The notes beneath the pieces were generated by a model. The model saw nothing but the letters and a program-made list of their open reading frames with translations, was not told where the DNA came from and searched no databases. A DNA stretch of 64,000 nucleotides from Phoronis australis. Taxonomy: Eukaryota; Animalia; Phoronida. Numbering within the stretch: position 1 is the stretch's first letter; the number at the start of each line of letters is the position of its first letter. A program made the translations under genes and the position numbers. This document shows positions 37,091 through 50,357 of this stretch, in pieces. Location: the NCBI GenBank assembly GCA_002633005.1, contig NMRA01000006.1, forward strand, positions 390,677 to 454,676, read 5' to 3'.

Positions 37091-39414
37091 ACAGAATCGT
37101 CCACAAACTTTGAAGTCGTGGAATCTATCACTCAAGGTGAAAAATAACCGACAGCTCATATTAACAAATAGTATCGGCAAGTCCACTTGCTATGTGATAA
37201 GCCTGGGGCCAGGATTAACCTTGTGCTCGGGCCTCACGCTCTGTCAGACGTCATGGATCAATCTAGAGGGTCTGTGCTGGAGACTAGGGCCATGATCTAA
37301 GGCTTTCGACTCGAAATCGAAACTGTTTTTGGCATTTCCCGTTCTATTTTTTACCGTGACGAACTCAAGATAAGTGTAATATTATTCTGTGCTCGAAAGC
37401 ATCATAGTTTATGCAAATGTGTTTTTATTCCAACTGATCGCATTTGACTGATGACGCCTATAAGTTCTCAACTAAATACTCGAGTAAAAAGTCGAGATTT
37501 CGAGTTTAGACTCGAACTTTTACCTTCAACGATGGGTTCATTAAGTGCAAACTATAATGAGATAGATATCTACCAAAGCCATTATATTTTTAGCCTGAGC
37601 ATAATACAATCCTCTTAAGTTCGCGGCACAAAAATGCCAATTTCGAGTAAAAAGATCATAAACTCCCCGCCCGAGCCGGGTCTCATGAGCGGTTCGTGAG
37701 AAGCCGCTGTCTCCACTTTACGTCAACAAGGCTACAGGCACAATCATCCCTACCAAAATCATTAAACCAGTATAGTCTTGTCCCATCTTCATCAAGCTAC
37801 TATCTCAGAAGCCGGAGAGCTGAGGGTGAAAAATCTTCTCCACAACCTTAGAAATTGTTTGAAACACTTACAGGACGATAATTTTTGATACGTAGAGTAG
37901 GTTGCTTAAAAATAGAATAACGTTCTTCATAGCTTGTCGGCGTCTTTATCGACTCACCCATTAATGGCTGTAGGTAGTCGGTCTAGGGTTTGTGCTCTTA
38001 GAGCGCGCGGCCGCCCCAAAATGTACTTTTACGAGTCCTCATGGGAAAAAGTCGATGGAATCTAAGTATTGGAGTCTCAATAAATACTGTTCTATGCAAG
38101 GTCTATGTTCTGGAACAGTCACATACATGTAATACGTTGTGAATACCTGGATTCTTTACTATAGTTACAGTACACGTTCGGCAGTTCTCAAGCTTAGAAA
38201 ATTTCAAGCTGAAGTTGCCTCGTGCCCTTTTCTCAGGTACAAAAAGTGTGATCGACCATCGTTGGAACACTTTGTCAAGCAAGCGCTAGCCTATAAAGAA
38301 ACCAAAGATGGCAACGCCGGAAGACGTGTGTAAGAAGAGATATACCACAAAGTTTATACTCATTGACAAACACATTAAAAAGCACAGGGCCATTGCATTC
38401 ACGGATCCTTAGGTCCAGGCCACCCATGACCTACACAGTATGGTCTTTTTATCGTGGCAAGATATTTTGGAGATTTGTCTCAACGGTGGCGTCACTAAGT
38501 TGCAGGTGAAGATGAGGGTAGAGTTCAGCAGCTACCTCGCGACTAGATAAATCTAGCAAAAATCACGTGCTCTCCTTTAGGGTTCATCGTGCGTGTGTGA
38601 TTTGTAACGAGAGACGAGATTCTTCGCCTGCTGGAACTTGATTGCATCAGTGTATTCAAAGATAAAAGAAGAGCAACTCACTCATGTTTTGCATAGCGGC
38701 ATATTTTGGACCCAGTGTGACGGCATGTCTTTGCTTATTTCTGGGACCAAATTGCATCATCTCCTACCATAACACGTCATCACTAAACACCCGAATCACA
38801 TATTAAAGCAACTTGATGACGATCAGGAGGTGAAAGTTCACCTGGTTTATTAGAGTTGTCAGTCTCGGATGCTACTGGTGGCCATATTTTGTTTGAGACG
38901 GTACAGGAAGAGGGACGTCTCCCTAACAAGGTTTTAAATTGACCTTACTCAGTTCTCCCAATGTTCGTCTGCACAAGCACCCTAACCGTCGGGATTGGGC
39001 GACCGGTTTGCGCACCTCAGAATCTGCCGGTTTAGATCAAAGGCACCATGCTCTTGTGATTAATTAAATCGCCTCTGGCTGCTGATGTTATCGTTCTCTA
39101 GATTTATGAGACCAACCATAAACTCACTGCCGGCGACAACAGTATTTTTAAATTTTGGGTTTGAAAGTTTCTAAATACATGTAGTTCATTTGAGAAGTTC
39201 GAGAAAAGAACACGTGATGAATATTTTAATTTTGAAAATTAGAAAAAAATGTGGCTTTGCTACTTAAAACGTTTGTTTAATGTTGCCATAATACGTTTCT
39301 CATTAATTTTGCTGGGTGTGCAACAAAACTGGGCCAACTACCAAACCACCAGGCAGCAGTTGGATTTTAAAGTAAGTCACGTGTCATCGCACAATTCTTG
39401 GCATAGTCATATAC

Positions 39415-39743
39415 TTACAAAGATACTAAACCCTGTTTTCATGATTTCAATCAATCCTCGTTCTGTCTCTTGCTAATGCATCATTGGCGTCAATATTGAA
39501 AGATAAAAACAGGAATCAACCAAAAACTCATACTCCCTACACAGATATTGTTCTTGGTGGGCGGTCTTCCCCCACGGTTGTCCTGAAATTCGCTAAAAGC
39601 GTAGGTCACATGACGCTTGCCCGTTTCAGTAGCAGCGGTTGAAGGTTGTCGAGAGTTATAGAGCATTATTTTGTTTCAGGAAATTGGATGGAAAGTCGTT
39701 TTTACTTCCAGCCGAACCAAAACCGGGCTTGGTATAATTTTAA
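39415..39743 (+). mobile_element. TTAA MITE family copy
   Basis: aaagatactaaaccctgttttc...gctaatgcat...actcatactcccta...gagcattattttgtttcag shared with 14314-14653. Confidence 0.7.
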
Positions 39744-40747
39744 CGAGTCCACAAGTGGCTGTGTAGCCCTATAATGCATACTCGAACAGCACAAAATTTG
39801 TTGTAGCGAAAAATGGGTAGATGGGGAATGGTGAAGCGGTGCTAGAATCAATGTGGTCATGCGGTCCTGGCAAACAAAGTAACTAAATGATTGATCTCCG
39901 GCTGGCCCATTATTGTAAATTAACGGAGACTGAGAAGAAAATAGTTTTTCGATGTAGGTTAAATGAGAGAGTGGCTAAATCGACATGAAATGGTGGAATT
40001 GCCAAAACCATCTTATTGTATCTGCAATAATCAATGCCTTGCTCTTAGGGCACTGATGTGGAACATATAATTCCGAATACCTGCATGTGCAAATGTTTTA
40101 GTGGCGATCCGTTAATGAAGAATTAATTACTAATTTGTAATCTACTGTACGCAATGTATGCAATTAAATACTTAGAAAGTGGTTTTGTCGCAATGCCTAG
40201 TCAACATGGGCGACGCACCATAGGGGGCGGGGGGGGAGAGGGGCTATAGCCTCCCAATTTCAGTGCTGCGCCGCCCAGTGTTCTCAGTATTGTGAGATAT
40301 CGCGAAATAACGAGAATTTGGTAATGGCGGCACTAATTCGGCATAAAAACACACGTGGGGCATGGTTCAGCTTGTTCAATTTTGCTTTCTCTACTATAAA
40401 TTTACGCCGTACTAGACTAGATTAAGAATCAAGAATCTTTAATTAACGTCGTTCGAAGAACAGATTAACGTTAGCCAGTTGTCCTATTTCTACGACATTA
40501 AATTTAAAGTCCTTGTCTCACGCGTTGTTAACCCTTATTACATGGTTAGAAGATGTTATAAGGATCCAAGAAGTACCTACCCCATAACTAATACACGATC
40601 CGTACTCGAAAACAGTTTAAATGAACGCGCCACTCACGATTCGCACCCGAAGAAACACCGCCATTTTGAACTTGCCGCGAACCCGGAAGTACAATTCATT
40701 CAGGAACCCAGGCCGAGAAAACGCCGTCAGTGCGACTGGAGCAGTGC

Positions 40748-41525
40748 NNNNNNNNNNNNNNNNNNNNNNNNNNNNNNNNNNNNNNNNNNNNNNNNNNNNN
40801 NNNNNNNNNNNNNNNNNNNNNNNNNNNNNNNNNNNNNNNNNNNNNNNNNNNNNNNNNNNNNNNNNNNNNNNNNNNNNNNNNNNNNNNNNNNNNNNNNNNN
40901 NNNNNNNNNNNNNNNNNNNNNNNNNNNNNNNNNNNNNNNNNNNNNNNNNNNNNNNNNNNNNNNNNNNNNNNNNNNNNNNNNNNNNNNNNNNNNNNNNNNN
41001 NNNNNNNNNNNNNNNNNNNNNNNNNNNNNNNNNNNNNNNNNNNNNNNNNNNNNNNNNNNNNNNNNNNNNNNNNNNNNNNNNNNNNNNNNNNNNNNNNNNN
41101 NNNNNNNNNNNNNNNNNNNNNNNNNNNNNNNNNNNNNNNNNNNNNNNNNNNNNNNNNNNNNNNNNNNNNNNNNNNNNNNNNNNNNNNNNNNNNNNNNNNN
41201 NNNNNNNNNNNNNNNNNNNNNNNNNNNNNNNNNNNNNNNNNNNNNNNNNNNNNNNNNNNNNNNNNNNNNNNNNNNNNNNNNNNNNNNNNNNNNNNNNNNN
41301 NNNNNNNNNNNNNNNNNNNNNNNNNNNNNNNNNNNNNNNNNNNNNNNNNNNNNNNNNNNNNNNNNNNNNNNNNNNNNNNNNNNNNNNNNNNNNNNNNNNN
41401 NNNNNNNNNNNNNNNNNNNNNNNNNNNNNNNNNNNNNNNNNNNNNNNNNNNNNNNNNNNNNNNNNNNNNNNNNNNNNNNNNNNNNNNNNNNNNNNNNNNN
41501 NNNNNNNNNNNNNNNNNNNNNNNNN
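40748..41525. other. Assembly gap (N run)
   Basis: 778 consecutive N; the X-filled ORFs crossing it are artefacts. Confidence 1.
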
Positions 41526-41938
41526 TACACTGAGCTTTGGGCCAAGGCTTGGGTAACCCGGCGATGGTATGCGATGACCATCCCTTTAGAAGACGCCTTT
41601 TTCGAAGAGTTTGAGCAACCAGGTGCCATACAAAAAGGCATAGCGAACCTTTTACAGCATTGTGGCAAACAATAAAAAATAAGGACGATTGATACAATGA
41701 TAAATTACGATGTAAACTCTTCAAATATGACATAAGCAATGAATGTGTAAAGCAGCCGATACCCCGCCGTTCTCGTCACTGACACATCAGCCAATCAGCG
41801 ATCGCTTTCAGAATTCAGTGTTTTGACCATGAATTCGAATTGGCTTTTGTTTGGCACGCAAGTCAGGCAAATGTGAGTTTTATTTGTATGTTAGAACCGA
41901 TTAACTGCAACATTATTCTGACTACAGTCCCCTTTTAA
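41526..41938 (-). mobile_element. End of a Kolobok-like DNA transposon derivative with a THAP-domain start, running into the gap
   Basis: - strand MPFCMAPGCSNSSKK from 41641 (THAP-type M-x-x-C-x4-C-x-N start); terminus gactacagtcccctt-ttaa at about 41920-41938. Confidence 0.5.
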
Positions 41939-42438
41939 GCTAAAGGTAGTGGAGAATAACGCAGATATATAATTGTAAATAAAAATAATGGGTGTCGTAG
42001 TTTTTTGTCGCTTCCAATTTTAATGGGCGGTTGGCCGAAGTTAAGCAATCACAGTGGGTTAATAAAATTATATTTTTCCGTGAATGACGCGGCGCCCGCT
42101 CCTGAGGGCCGAGTACCTGCTACTAAGTCCAGAGTAGTGCAACTGAACGCATACTTTTTATGAGGTAGTTTAAAAACACAGGCTAACCCCATGGAGAACC
42201 GTATGTCTATCGTTGAACGCTGGCTGGAAAGCGTCGTCCGTAAATTACGCTCGTAATTTACGAACGACACTTTCGCAGCAGCGGCCAAAGAACGATACTT
42301 GCCAACTGTGAATGCTGGCTGCATGCGGCGAGACAAGTCGTGATTTCAGCGCCGCTCAGCGACTGACGCCCACCAATTCTTCAAGTGAGGAGATACGAAA
42401 CTGCATGTACGCTGTCTAAAATCACTGTGCAAACAAAC

Positions 42439-45400
42439 ATGTCGACAGTGGGCAGGACTATCGAGCTGCTTTTTACTTGGACTTTGGGCGTAATTTACAC
42501 TTTTCCCGTGTGTCTAGGGATATGCAAAAACTTAGTTACACGCCCTCGTGCGTATCTGTACTGCAAGAAACGAACTGAAAGGCCCAAATGCCTTGATGAC
42601 CCTGTGTTTAATCATGCGTTCATACGGTTGCAGGTGAGGCAGAACGTTGGTGCTGTGCGTGAACTTGGAATCCTGCTTAATCTCAAGATTAAGCGGAAGT
42701 GAGTGTTGCGTGAACTTGGAATTGAATATTCTTTAAGGCAAAAAGGTGAAATTTTTGTTCGGTGAAAAGAATTTTTGTAGTTAATGGCCTCGCGATCAAC
42801 CATTTTCTCCTTTACCGACGGTAACTTGTTTCGCTGAACTGGAGGAATATGTGAATGGCTAAATCGATTATTGTTTGGTGAAACTGATCGCCTGTAGTTG
42901 AAAAGGTTGTTTAAAATTGACATTATTTTATTCAAATGTAATTTGATTTAGTAAAGTGCAAATTTTTAGGAACATGAACGTGATTATTTGAGTGAACTTG
43001 TCAAGTTGCCTTACGCATTCCAAGTTCAGGCAACACTCACTTCCAGGATTCCAGTTCACGTTCAGTATTTCGACTATGCTGCATGCACACTGTCCAAACT
43101 TTAATCCAAGTTTTAATATCAAGCCTCCTTTCACTACTTTTCCAATCCTCATAACCTTTAGCACAGCCCTTGGGACAGTAGTCTTTAATGAAGTGCGGGC
43201 GGGGTGGAAGTGGACCACGTTGAGTTGTCAACCGAGAGACAGAAATATTTTCTTGGTCTTAAGGTCAAAGTCGCAGACTTTTAGTCAGATGACCCATAAT
43301 TTTCATGTTTAGGCCTGATAAAAACTGTGAGGGATATTATCGCAGTTTTGGCAGTGAATCATGTTCAACCTACTGTTCATAGGTAAATGTTTTAATATTA
43401 TTTGTTATGCTTTATTTGGTAATAGTCGGATGTAACACGCCCACATTTTGACGACCAGTTTTCTCCCGCGCTGAACAATGAAATCAAACTGGTTCTCAAA
43501 CTGTGGGCCCTTTATTTTATCAATCAAAAGGTAAATTCTTTTAGACATTACAGGATCACACCAAAGGCATCCAGGCGATGCCTATAAAAACATGCAGATC
43601 TGATATTTACTAGTGTTATTCCTAAGTGTCGAACTCAAGCTGATGTTATAGGCCTATCAAGATTCCATGTGCACTTTGCTGTAGCCAAGTTGTTTGTTTT
43701 CAGAATATCCGTATGCACTATGTATACGCCGGAGAAGAGGGAAAACCCCTCATGCTGTTTCTACACGGCTTTCCTGAATGTTGGTTCTCCTGGCGACACC
43801 AATTGAGAGAGTTCAAAGACAAATACAGGTATGTCCGTGAGTGTTCAATTGAGAACGGGACTTAAGCCTCGTGACTTGCACACAACTGAAAAGCCAGCTT
43901 GGAAGAGACTGGGAGATGCTTGATAATTATGTACAAGTTTCATTATTGGCCCCGGCTATCCAACTTCAAAGCCAGTCTTTTGTAATTTCTTATGATGATG
44001 TACAACAGCAACGTCAGACCTGTCAATTCCTGGAATGTGATAATTAAGAAAAAAATACGACAACTTTGTACTGATAATGTATGTGCAAGTTGTAAACATC
44101 TGTGTGCTCTCACATCTTACTACTGCATCCTGTGAAAAGAAGTATATCTGCATTGCACTGCATAATACACTCACACTTCACAATGTGAGCAAAACTAAGG
44201 TCCTTTATTTTGGTCTTGGAGGAGTAACTAGTCCCCATAGTGGCTTAGAATTTTTCAGACAGGTGTTGTTCTCACATTAGGCCTTCTGAATGTGACACGC
44301 AAGGTCAGTGAAAGTAGTTCTTTGTGAATCCTGCTCATGACGGCGACATCCTGTTGCTCCCAACTTGTTTGATTCTATAGCCCAACTACAAGTTGGGAAG
44401 TTTAGCTCCATAGCCAATATCTTACACGACTGATTAACTCCATTCTGGCATTTATGGTTGGAGGGCCAGCGCTCTTTTGTTCGATAATTGCTCTAATCTC
44501 TGATCAGATCATATCTAGCCTGACTGGGCTGGGCTGATAAAAATGAAAGTTAAGTAAAACATATTTGAGTTTAAACCAATAGCATTTCTGAATTCCTCAT
44601 CAAATGCTGATCATGTTAAGTTTTTGAATCGCCAAAATCGCCCAGCTACAACAGAATTTAAGACAATCTATTCTGTCCAAACGGATTACCAATGCACTGG
44701 GTTTGACTGTGTTCTGAATACGCGTTCGGTAATAGCGTGCAACCACCATACGTTTCCTTTGAAGCCTTGGGAGATAATTGGTCTGCTTGTTATCATACGG
44801 GACAAAAGACTGCACTGGGCAGTTAAAAAGAGCCAGATGTTATCGCACGTTAAGCACCCCTCATGTCTGGAAAACTTACTGAACGACAGAACGCTGTAAT
44901 GTTTAGTCACACAAGTGTCCAAGTTGGTCTGTGTAAGTACACAGCTTAATAAAGGATTTATGGTCCTGGCTGAGAAAATAACAGTTTCTGTTTTGTTACC
45001 CCCAAAGAGTTTTGAATAGCCAAGCCTAGAATGCTTAGCACCACTTAAAAAATGGAGAAGCTAGGTCTATTGACCGACCTAGAAAATTGTCCGTCTTAAG
45101 CTTGCAACTGTGGAACACCATGTCTCATGAAATGGGCAATTGGACTCATATAACACTTTCAAATACTTCTACATTGATCTATCCGCTGTTCTCCAAAGTG
45201 CTGTTACGACCGTAGGAATTGTTTCTGGAATGTTCCACTGTTGTATAGGGGGCTCTGGAATGTTCCACTGTTGTATAGGGGCTATGAAGAATGTGGGCTT
45301 GTACGATTTTCGTGAAAAAACTCGAAAGTTTTACATTGAAATGGAAATGACATTATACATTTAGAAAATTATTAGAGCGTTTTTGGAATTTCATCTTAAA

Positions 45401-48400
45401 CATTTGTCAAAAATTAGACAGATTTGGTAAATATGTTGTCGATATCAGTGTTCTGCTATCAACGAAAGTACCTTTCTTGCTACATTTTAATAAAAAGACA
45501 TATTCACGTGACCCAATTACTGTCAAAAAATCAAATTCTATCAGCTATAACATTCAGAAAATACATACTTTTACAGGATTAAAATCTAGATAGTTTTACG
45601 GTTATATGGCTAATGAAGCAGTCTTGCTGATATGGTCCTACATAACTTAAAAGGAATGAATAGTTAAAGATGAGGAGGATAAATAGGATAGTTTTAAATA
45701 ATTTAGTAGGCTTATGATCAATTTAGGAAGCAACTTCTGCCTTCGAAGGATAGCCAAGCACTCAAAGGTAATTTGACACCCCATCCAGATGTGTGTCATC
45801 ATTTCACTGGTGTTTCTTCCGTCAGAGTGACATATTGCCCATTCAGTGAGTCTTGATGATTTGTCTTACATTTTATGTATTTTTACATTCAATGGCCCAT
45901 GTCTAATCATTCTGTATGTTGATTATTTCACTTCAAAGAGTGGTTGCCGTTGACAACCGTGGCTTCAATGAAACTGAAGAGCCAACTGGTGTGGACGCAT
46001 ACTCCATTGACAAGATGAGAGAAGACACCAAGCAACTCATTGACGCTTTAGGTAAGATGTTACAGGGCTTGATGCTTAGCGTAGCGTTAACTCGCCAAAT
46101 GCAACCTGGTAAATTTCCCAGGTTGCCTAAGAGGAAATGAGCTTGCCCAAACAAGGATACCCCATATGGGGGGAGGGGGGTGTGCAGGTGAATCATGGTT
46201 GGTAACTGTCTAAAATTGAAGATTGGGGCATCTGAATTGAAAAGCCGATGCAACTGGACTAATGTCTGCCGTAATACCCTGAAACTCTTGTGTGGTGTGG
46301 TTTTTTAGCAGAACAGGGAGTTAGATGTCTATCGTCTCCTCAAGTGACAACCAAACAACTCCCCTTTACTCCCAATATACCACCTCCTATCTAGTATTGA
46401 TGCAGACCATTGGAACACGTCTCTGCATGCATCATATTAGGCCAGAGTAGGAGATGGCAATTTCAAAACTTGTATGGATATTCTTAAATTTAAGCGAGGA
46501 TTTATGTTATACACTTGTGGTTAATTTTAGGCCAAAGTAGGATATAGCGATTTTAGAGCTTGGACAGATATTCTTAAATTTAAGCGGCGTTTATGTTACT
46601 TACATTTGTGCATTAAAGTCATATTTTACTGAAATTGTTAAAATATACCTTGCTACATGCAGTTGTTTCATAATTTTTCAAAATGTGCCTATAAAATTGT
46701 GACTTTGGACCAAAAGAGAAAAGTTTAAATTTTCAGGAGAACTGGTTGTATGCAAGAGTGCAAAATTGAAAAACCACCATAGTTCATTATGTCATTAAAA
46801 AATAATTGCAGGCGTTGTACCATACATGCACAGGTCGCGCATGTGGGCCCATTGCACTGATCACCTGGAACCATTTTTATGCTTTATTAATATATGGTTA
46901 AAACCGAGCTGAGGAGCTAGAAACCTGACTCGAGGGTTTAGCAGTGTGATCTAGTGGGACTTGAACCCATGACCTCGAGTAAAGAATGCGGGCATCTATC
47001 ACACTAGGCCACACTGCCTCCCCTCATTATGTCATTGCTACGTTAGATGGCTTGAAGTAAACTTTCTCTTTCCAGGTTACAAGGAGTGCATCCTAGTGGG
47101 CCATGACTGGGGTGGCGCTCTCGCGTGGGACTTTGCTGCAAACCACCCAGAATATGTCAGTAAACTGATTGTTATGAACGGCCCTAATGAGGCGATGAAG
47201 GTCTTCTTGAGAAAAAACTTGAAGCAGTTCTTAATGTCTTGGTTAGTACTCACGACACCCCCATGTTGGTGTGAATTCTTACTAGATTTATGACAAAAGG
47301 TCACTAGTTTGATATTAGTCTGATCATCATTAACAGAAAACCCTTTTTGATCATTTATCATGGCCAGGACTTGGAATTACTAAGGACAAAAAAGAGGAAC
47401 ATTTTCCCAGTGAAGTATCATTCCACAAAAATAGGCTTATGTGGTAGATTTATTTTTTGTTGTAAAATTTTACTGAAATTAACTTTTTGCACAAATAAAG
47501 TCAAAATAATGATAAAATGAGACGAAAAAAAGAGAAAATTTGAAAGCAAAAAAGGGAAAATCAACACCAAAAAAGACGAAATCCTCCAAAAAGAGGAAAA
47601 TTTCAAGCCCTGCATGGCTTAGTAATAAGAATTCATTTAATTTATCATGATTGGCAACAAACCTTGCATGAAAAATAGTAGATTTCAAGACAGTCAATGA
47701 AATCCTTTAAATCCAAAAATCTTGGTGCAAAATGTTTTTATTTGTGAAATTTAGCATTGTTTTTGAAATCTACAAGGCACTCAGCTGACATGCTTTAACT
47801 GTGACAATCTGAAGCCACTTCTTTGAACTTTTGAAACTGACAAAAAGATGATTTTGGCAATATTACTTTTGTCTGAAGGTGAATCAGCTTTATTGGAACT
47901 CTGTGTTTCTTTTCACAGGTACATGTTTTTCTTCCAAATTCCTTTGATTCCTGAGTGGATGTTCTACAGGGCAGACATGGAGTTTATTATGACCCGAGCC
48001 TTCACTCCGCTGGTGAAGAAAGAGCTCATGACTGCTGATGATTTGGAGGGTTTGAAATTCGCCTTTAGAAATTCAGGTATTGCAAAATCTCTGCAATAGG
48101 GCCATCCAGGGTTACACAGCGAGACTCGAATATCGTTGTGTTTACCCACAATGCTGCAATCAAGCACTTTTGTGTAGCCTCGTGTTCTCAGCTTTTCTCA
48201 GCTGTATTACTCTATTCGTTCTTTCGATGCCAACAAAGTATTACTGCTGTACTGTGAGCTGCAACTCTGACGGGAGAAAGTTGGATAAACTTGACAAATA
48301 TTCGTGGTTGCGTGATGCTTAGTTCGGTTTCCGACATGACCTGTGAATATATGCGTGACATTAAACAAGGCCGATGAAAACAAGCTTTCTCACCTTTAGG

Positions 48401-49763
48401 ACAAAAGAGAGTTCTATCTCTCTGTAATCTGGGATGGCCCTATACAGCATGACAATGTCTCATTTCATTCATGGAATAATGTACAGTATGTCACGCCAAC
48501 ATGGCTCAGGATACGGCAGAGCACAGAGTCAAAATCGTTGTATGTGATTTTGCATTCTGTTTGGCCAATTGAACGCTAGGACTATTTAACTTTGAGGTGA
48601 ATCTGTATAGCGAATAATACAATTAGGTAAAACAAAAATTCAAACTGACATTTATCTAGTCTTAGCTAGATGAATTAAACGCCTACAGCTGAACTTAGGT
48701 ACAAAAAGTGTACTCCATAATTTGCTAAACCACCTTTCTGCTATGGCTATACTCCATAGTAAAGATTGTGTAAACAAAATCTAGCCTGTTGAATACACAG
48801 CATGAGTTGGTCCCTTTTGTTAATGTTCTCTGACACAACACAAAGCATATTATATGGTTATAAGGTTGTGAACAAGAGCATTAGTCTTGTGTTATGGTCT
48901 GGGTTATTCAAGATCACAGGATGAGAAGAGTAACTAGGACACTATATTCCTGAGAAAAATACACTGGGTTAATTTCTGCCTATGTAACCTCCTGTGAGGT
49001 TCATTTTTTGTCAAAAACGCATGATAGGGTGAAGCTTTGCAGTTTCATCTCTGCGAACGTGCATTAATTATTCTAGTTTGATGTTGACAGTTTTGACTTG
49101 ACCTATAATAATTATTATAATGAGGCAGTGGTGTCGGAATTTTGCGAAATAACGTACGTAAAACAGAAAGGCCAACACATTACTTAGGCGTTCTACTGCC
49201 CCATTGCAACAGACACTGTCCTTTAATATCACTGCACATACTCAGCAAGCCTTCCAGGCAGCTTGAGGAATTTTGCTCTATTTAAATGTTTTTGTTAGCT
49301 AAGGCAATTTTTACTGAAACTGCTTTACTTCCAAAGCATTCTTTTCTAATGCTTTGCTAAGTGAGACACTGATCGACATGGTGTTCCGATGTTTCATCTT
49401 CCATGACTTGTCCTATAGCTATTGCTGTATTGGCTTCAAGCATTTACCTCTTCTTCAGTTACTGGCCCCATAAACTACTACCGTGCGGCATTCCGACGGA
49501 AGCCACCCACGAAGGCGGGATTTAAACACCGCTACACGACCCCTACGCTACTCCTGTGGTCCGAGAAGGATGAAGCTTTGTCCACCGAACTGGGCCGCAT
49601 GGTGGCAGCCAAGGCAGACCAGTGCACATTTTACATCGTGCCAAAAGCGAATCACTTTATTCAACAGGAGTGCCCCCAGGTGGTGAATAAGGCGATCAGG
49701 GAATGGCTAGATACTGGAAAGTTGAGTTCTACCTCTGGAGTATCTGTGAAGTCTTCTCTGTGA
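42439..49763 (+). CDS. EPHX4: Epoxide hydrolase 3/4-like alpha/beta hydrolase (353 aa). Exons 42439-42633, 43704-43828, 45939-46051, 47076-47241, 47919-48076, 49459-49763
   Basis: N-terminal hydrophobic anchor, [35 protein letters not shown], nucleophile motif GHDWGG, lid tyrosines SWYMFFFQ and PINYYR, acid WSEKD and catalytic ANHFIQQE. All phases are consistent. Confidence 0.93.
42658..43060. mobile_element. MITE with long TIRs in EPHX intron 1; related fragment at ~36697-36762
   Basis: Left cgtgaacttggaatcctg...ggaagtgagtgttgcgtgaacttggaat versus right attccaagttcaggcaacactcacttccaggattccagttcacg. Confidence 0.7.
44450..44860 (-). mobile_element. Dispersed repeat (inverted copy of 12090-12450)
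   Basis: Reverse-complement similarity to the 12090-12450 copy. Confidence 0.75.
45224..45283. repeat. 30-bp tandem duplication
   Basis: tctggaatgttccactgttgtatagggggc x2. Confidence 0.9.
46438..46610. repeat. ~90-bp diverged tandem duplication
   Basis: taggcca(g/a)agtagga...gatattcttaaatttaagcg...tttatgtta x2. Confidence 0.8.
46810..47020 (-). mobile_element. tRNA-derived SINE
   Basis: - strand gaggcagtgTGGCCTAGTG...GGTTCAAGTCC (Pol III A and B boxes); body and tail shared with 56065-56309. Confidence 0.75.
48098..48441 (+). mobile_element. Non-autonomous ISL2EU/Harbinger-like element with THAP remnant
   Basis: AT|agggccatcc...ggatggccct|AT with ~25-30-bp imperfect TIRs; internal [16 protein letters not shown] at 48227-48322. 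Confidence 0.65.
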
Positions 49764-50124
49764 TTTTTAGGCACGTGATTTTCATCCTTTGGGATGCCTA
49801 AAAGCAAAACCAATGCCTATGATGCAAAAATCATATTTTTTCTGCTAATTCGTTTCATTTGTGTTAATCAATATTAGTGGTTATACCACTAGTTGACACG
49901 TTCACTTGACTCTTATTGTTTTGTTCTGTGGCTTCTTGATGATGTATTACAAAGTTTTTCCACCATTAACTTTTTGGATAGATTGAATTATTTATATGCT
50001 CATGAAAAGAGGTCAATGATTCAAACATTAACAATGTAATATTTTGTGCTTAGTTGCAAATCATTGTTTCTTAAGTGTCAGAGCTGTATTTTACCCTGTT
50101 TAGCCTGTTAAAAATGAACTCTGC

Positions 50125-50357
50125 AATTTGGGACAGTCTCTAGAATTTCAGACACAGAAACACCTAGAAATTGAACTTTCTTCATTCTAGAATTTGGGAC
50201 ACTGGCAACTGAGGGCCGAGGGGTGTTCATCATGTTTCTCAAATTTCGGACTACTTCATTGTACAGTTTGCAATCTACACAGTGGGTAATTTTTCCATCT
50301 TTCTGATAATTGAATTTGGGAGTGCCAATATTGTCTATTTCTAGAATTTGGGACAAG
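50125..50357. repeat. Degenerate tctagaatttgggaca repeat cluster downstream of the EPHX stop codon
   Basis: At least 5 copies of (tctag)aatttgggac or close variants. Confidence 0.65.

Noticed and set aside
40479-41739. Long ORFs of 267-398 aa
   Set aside because: Artefacts of translation through the N gap.
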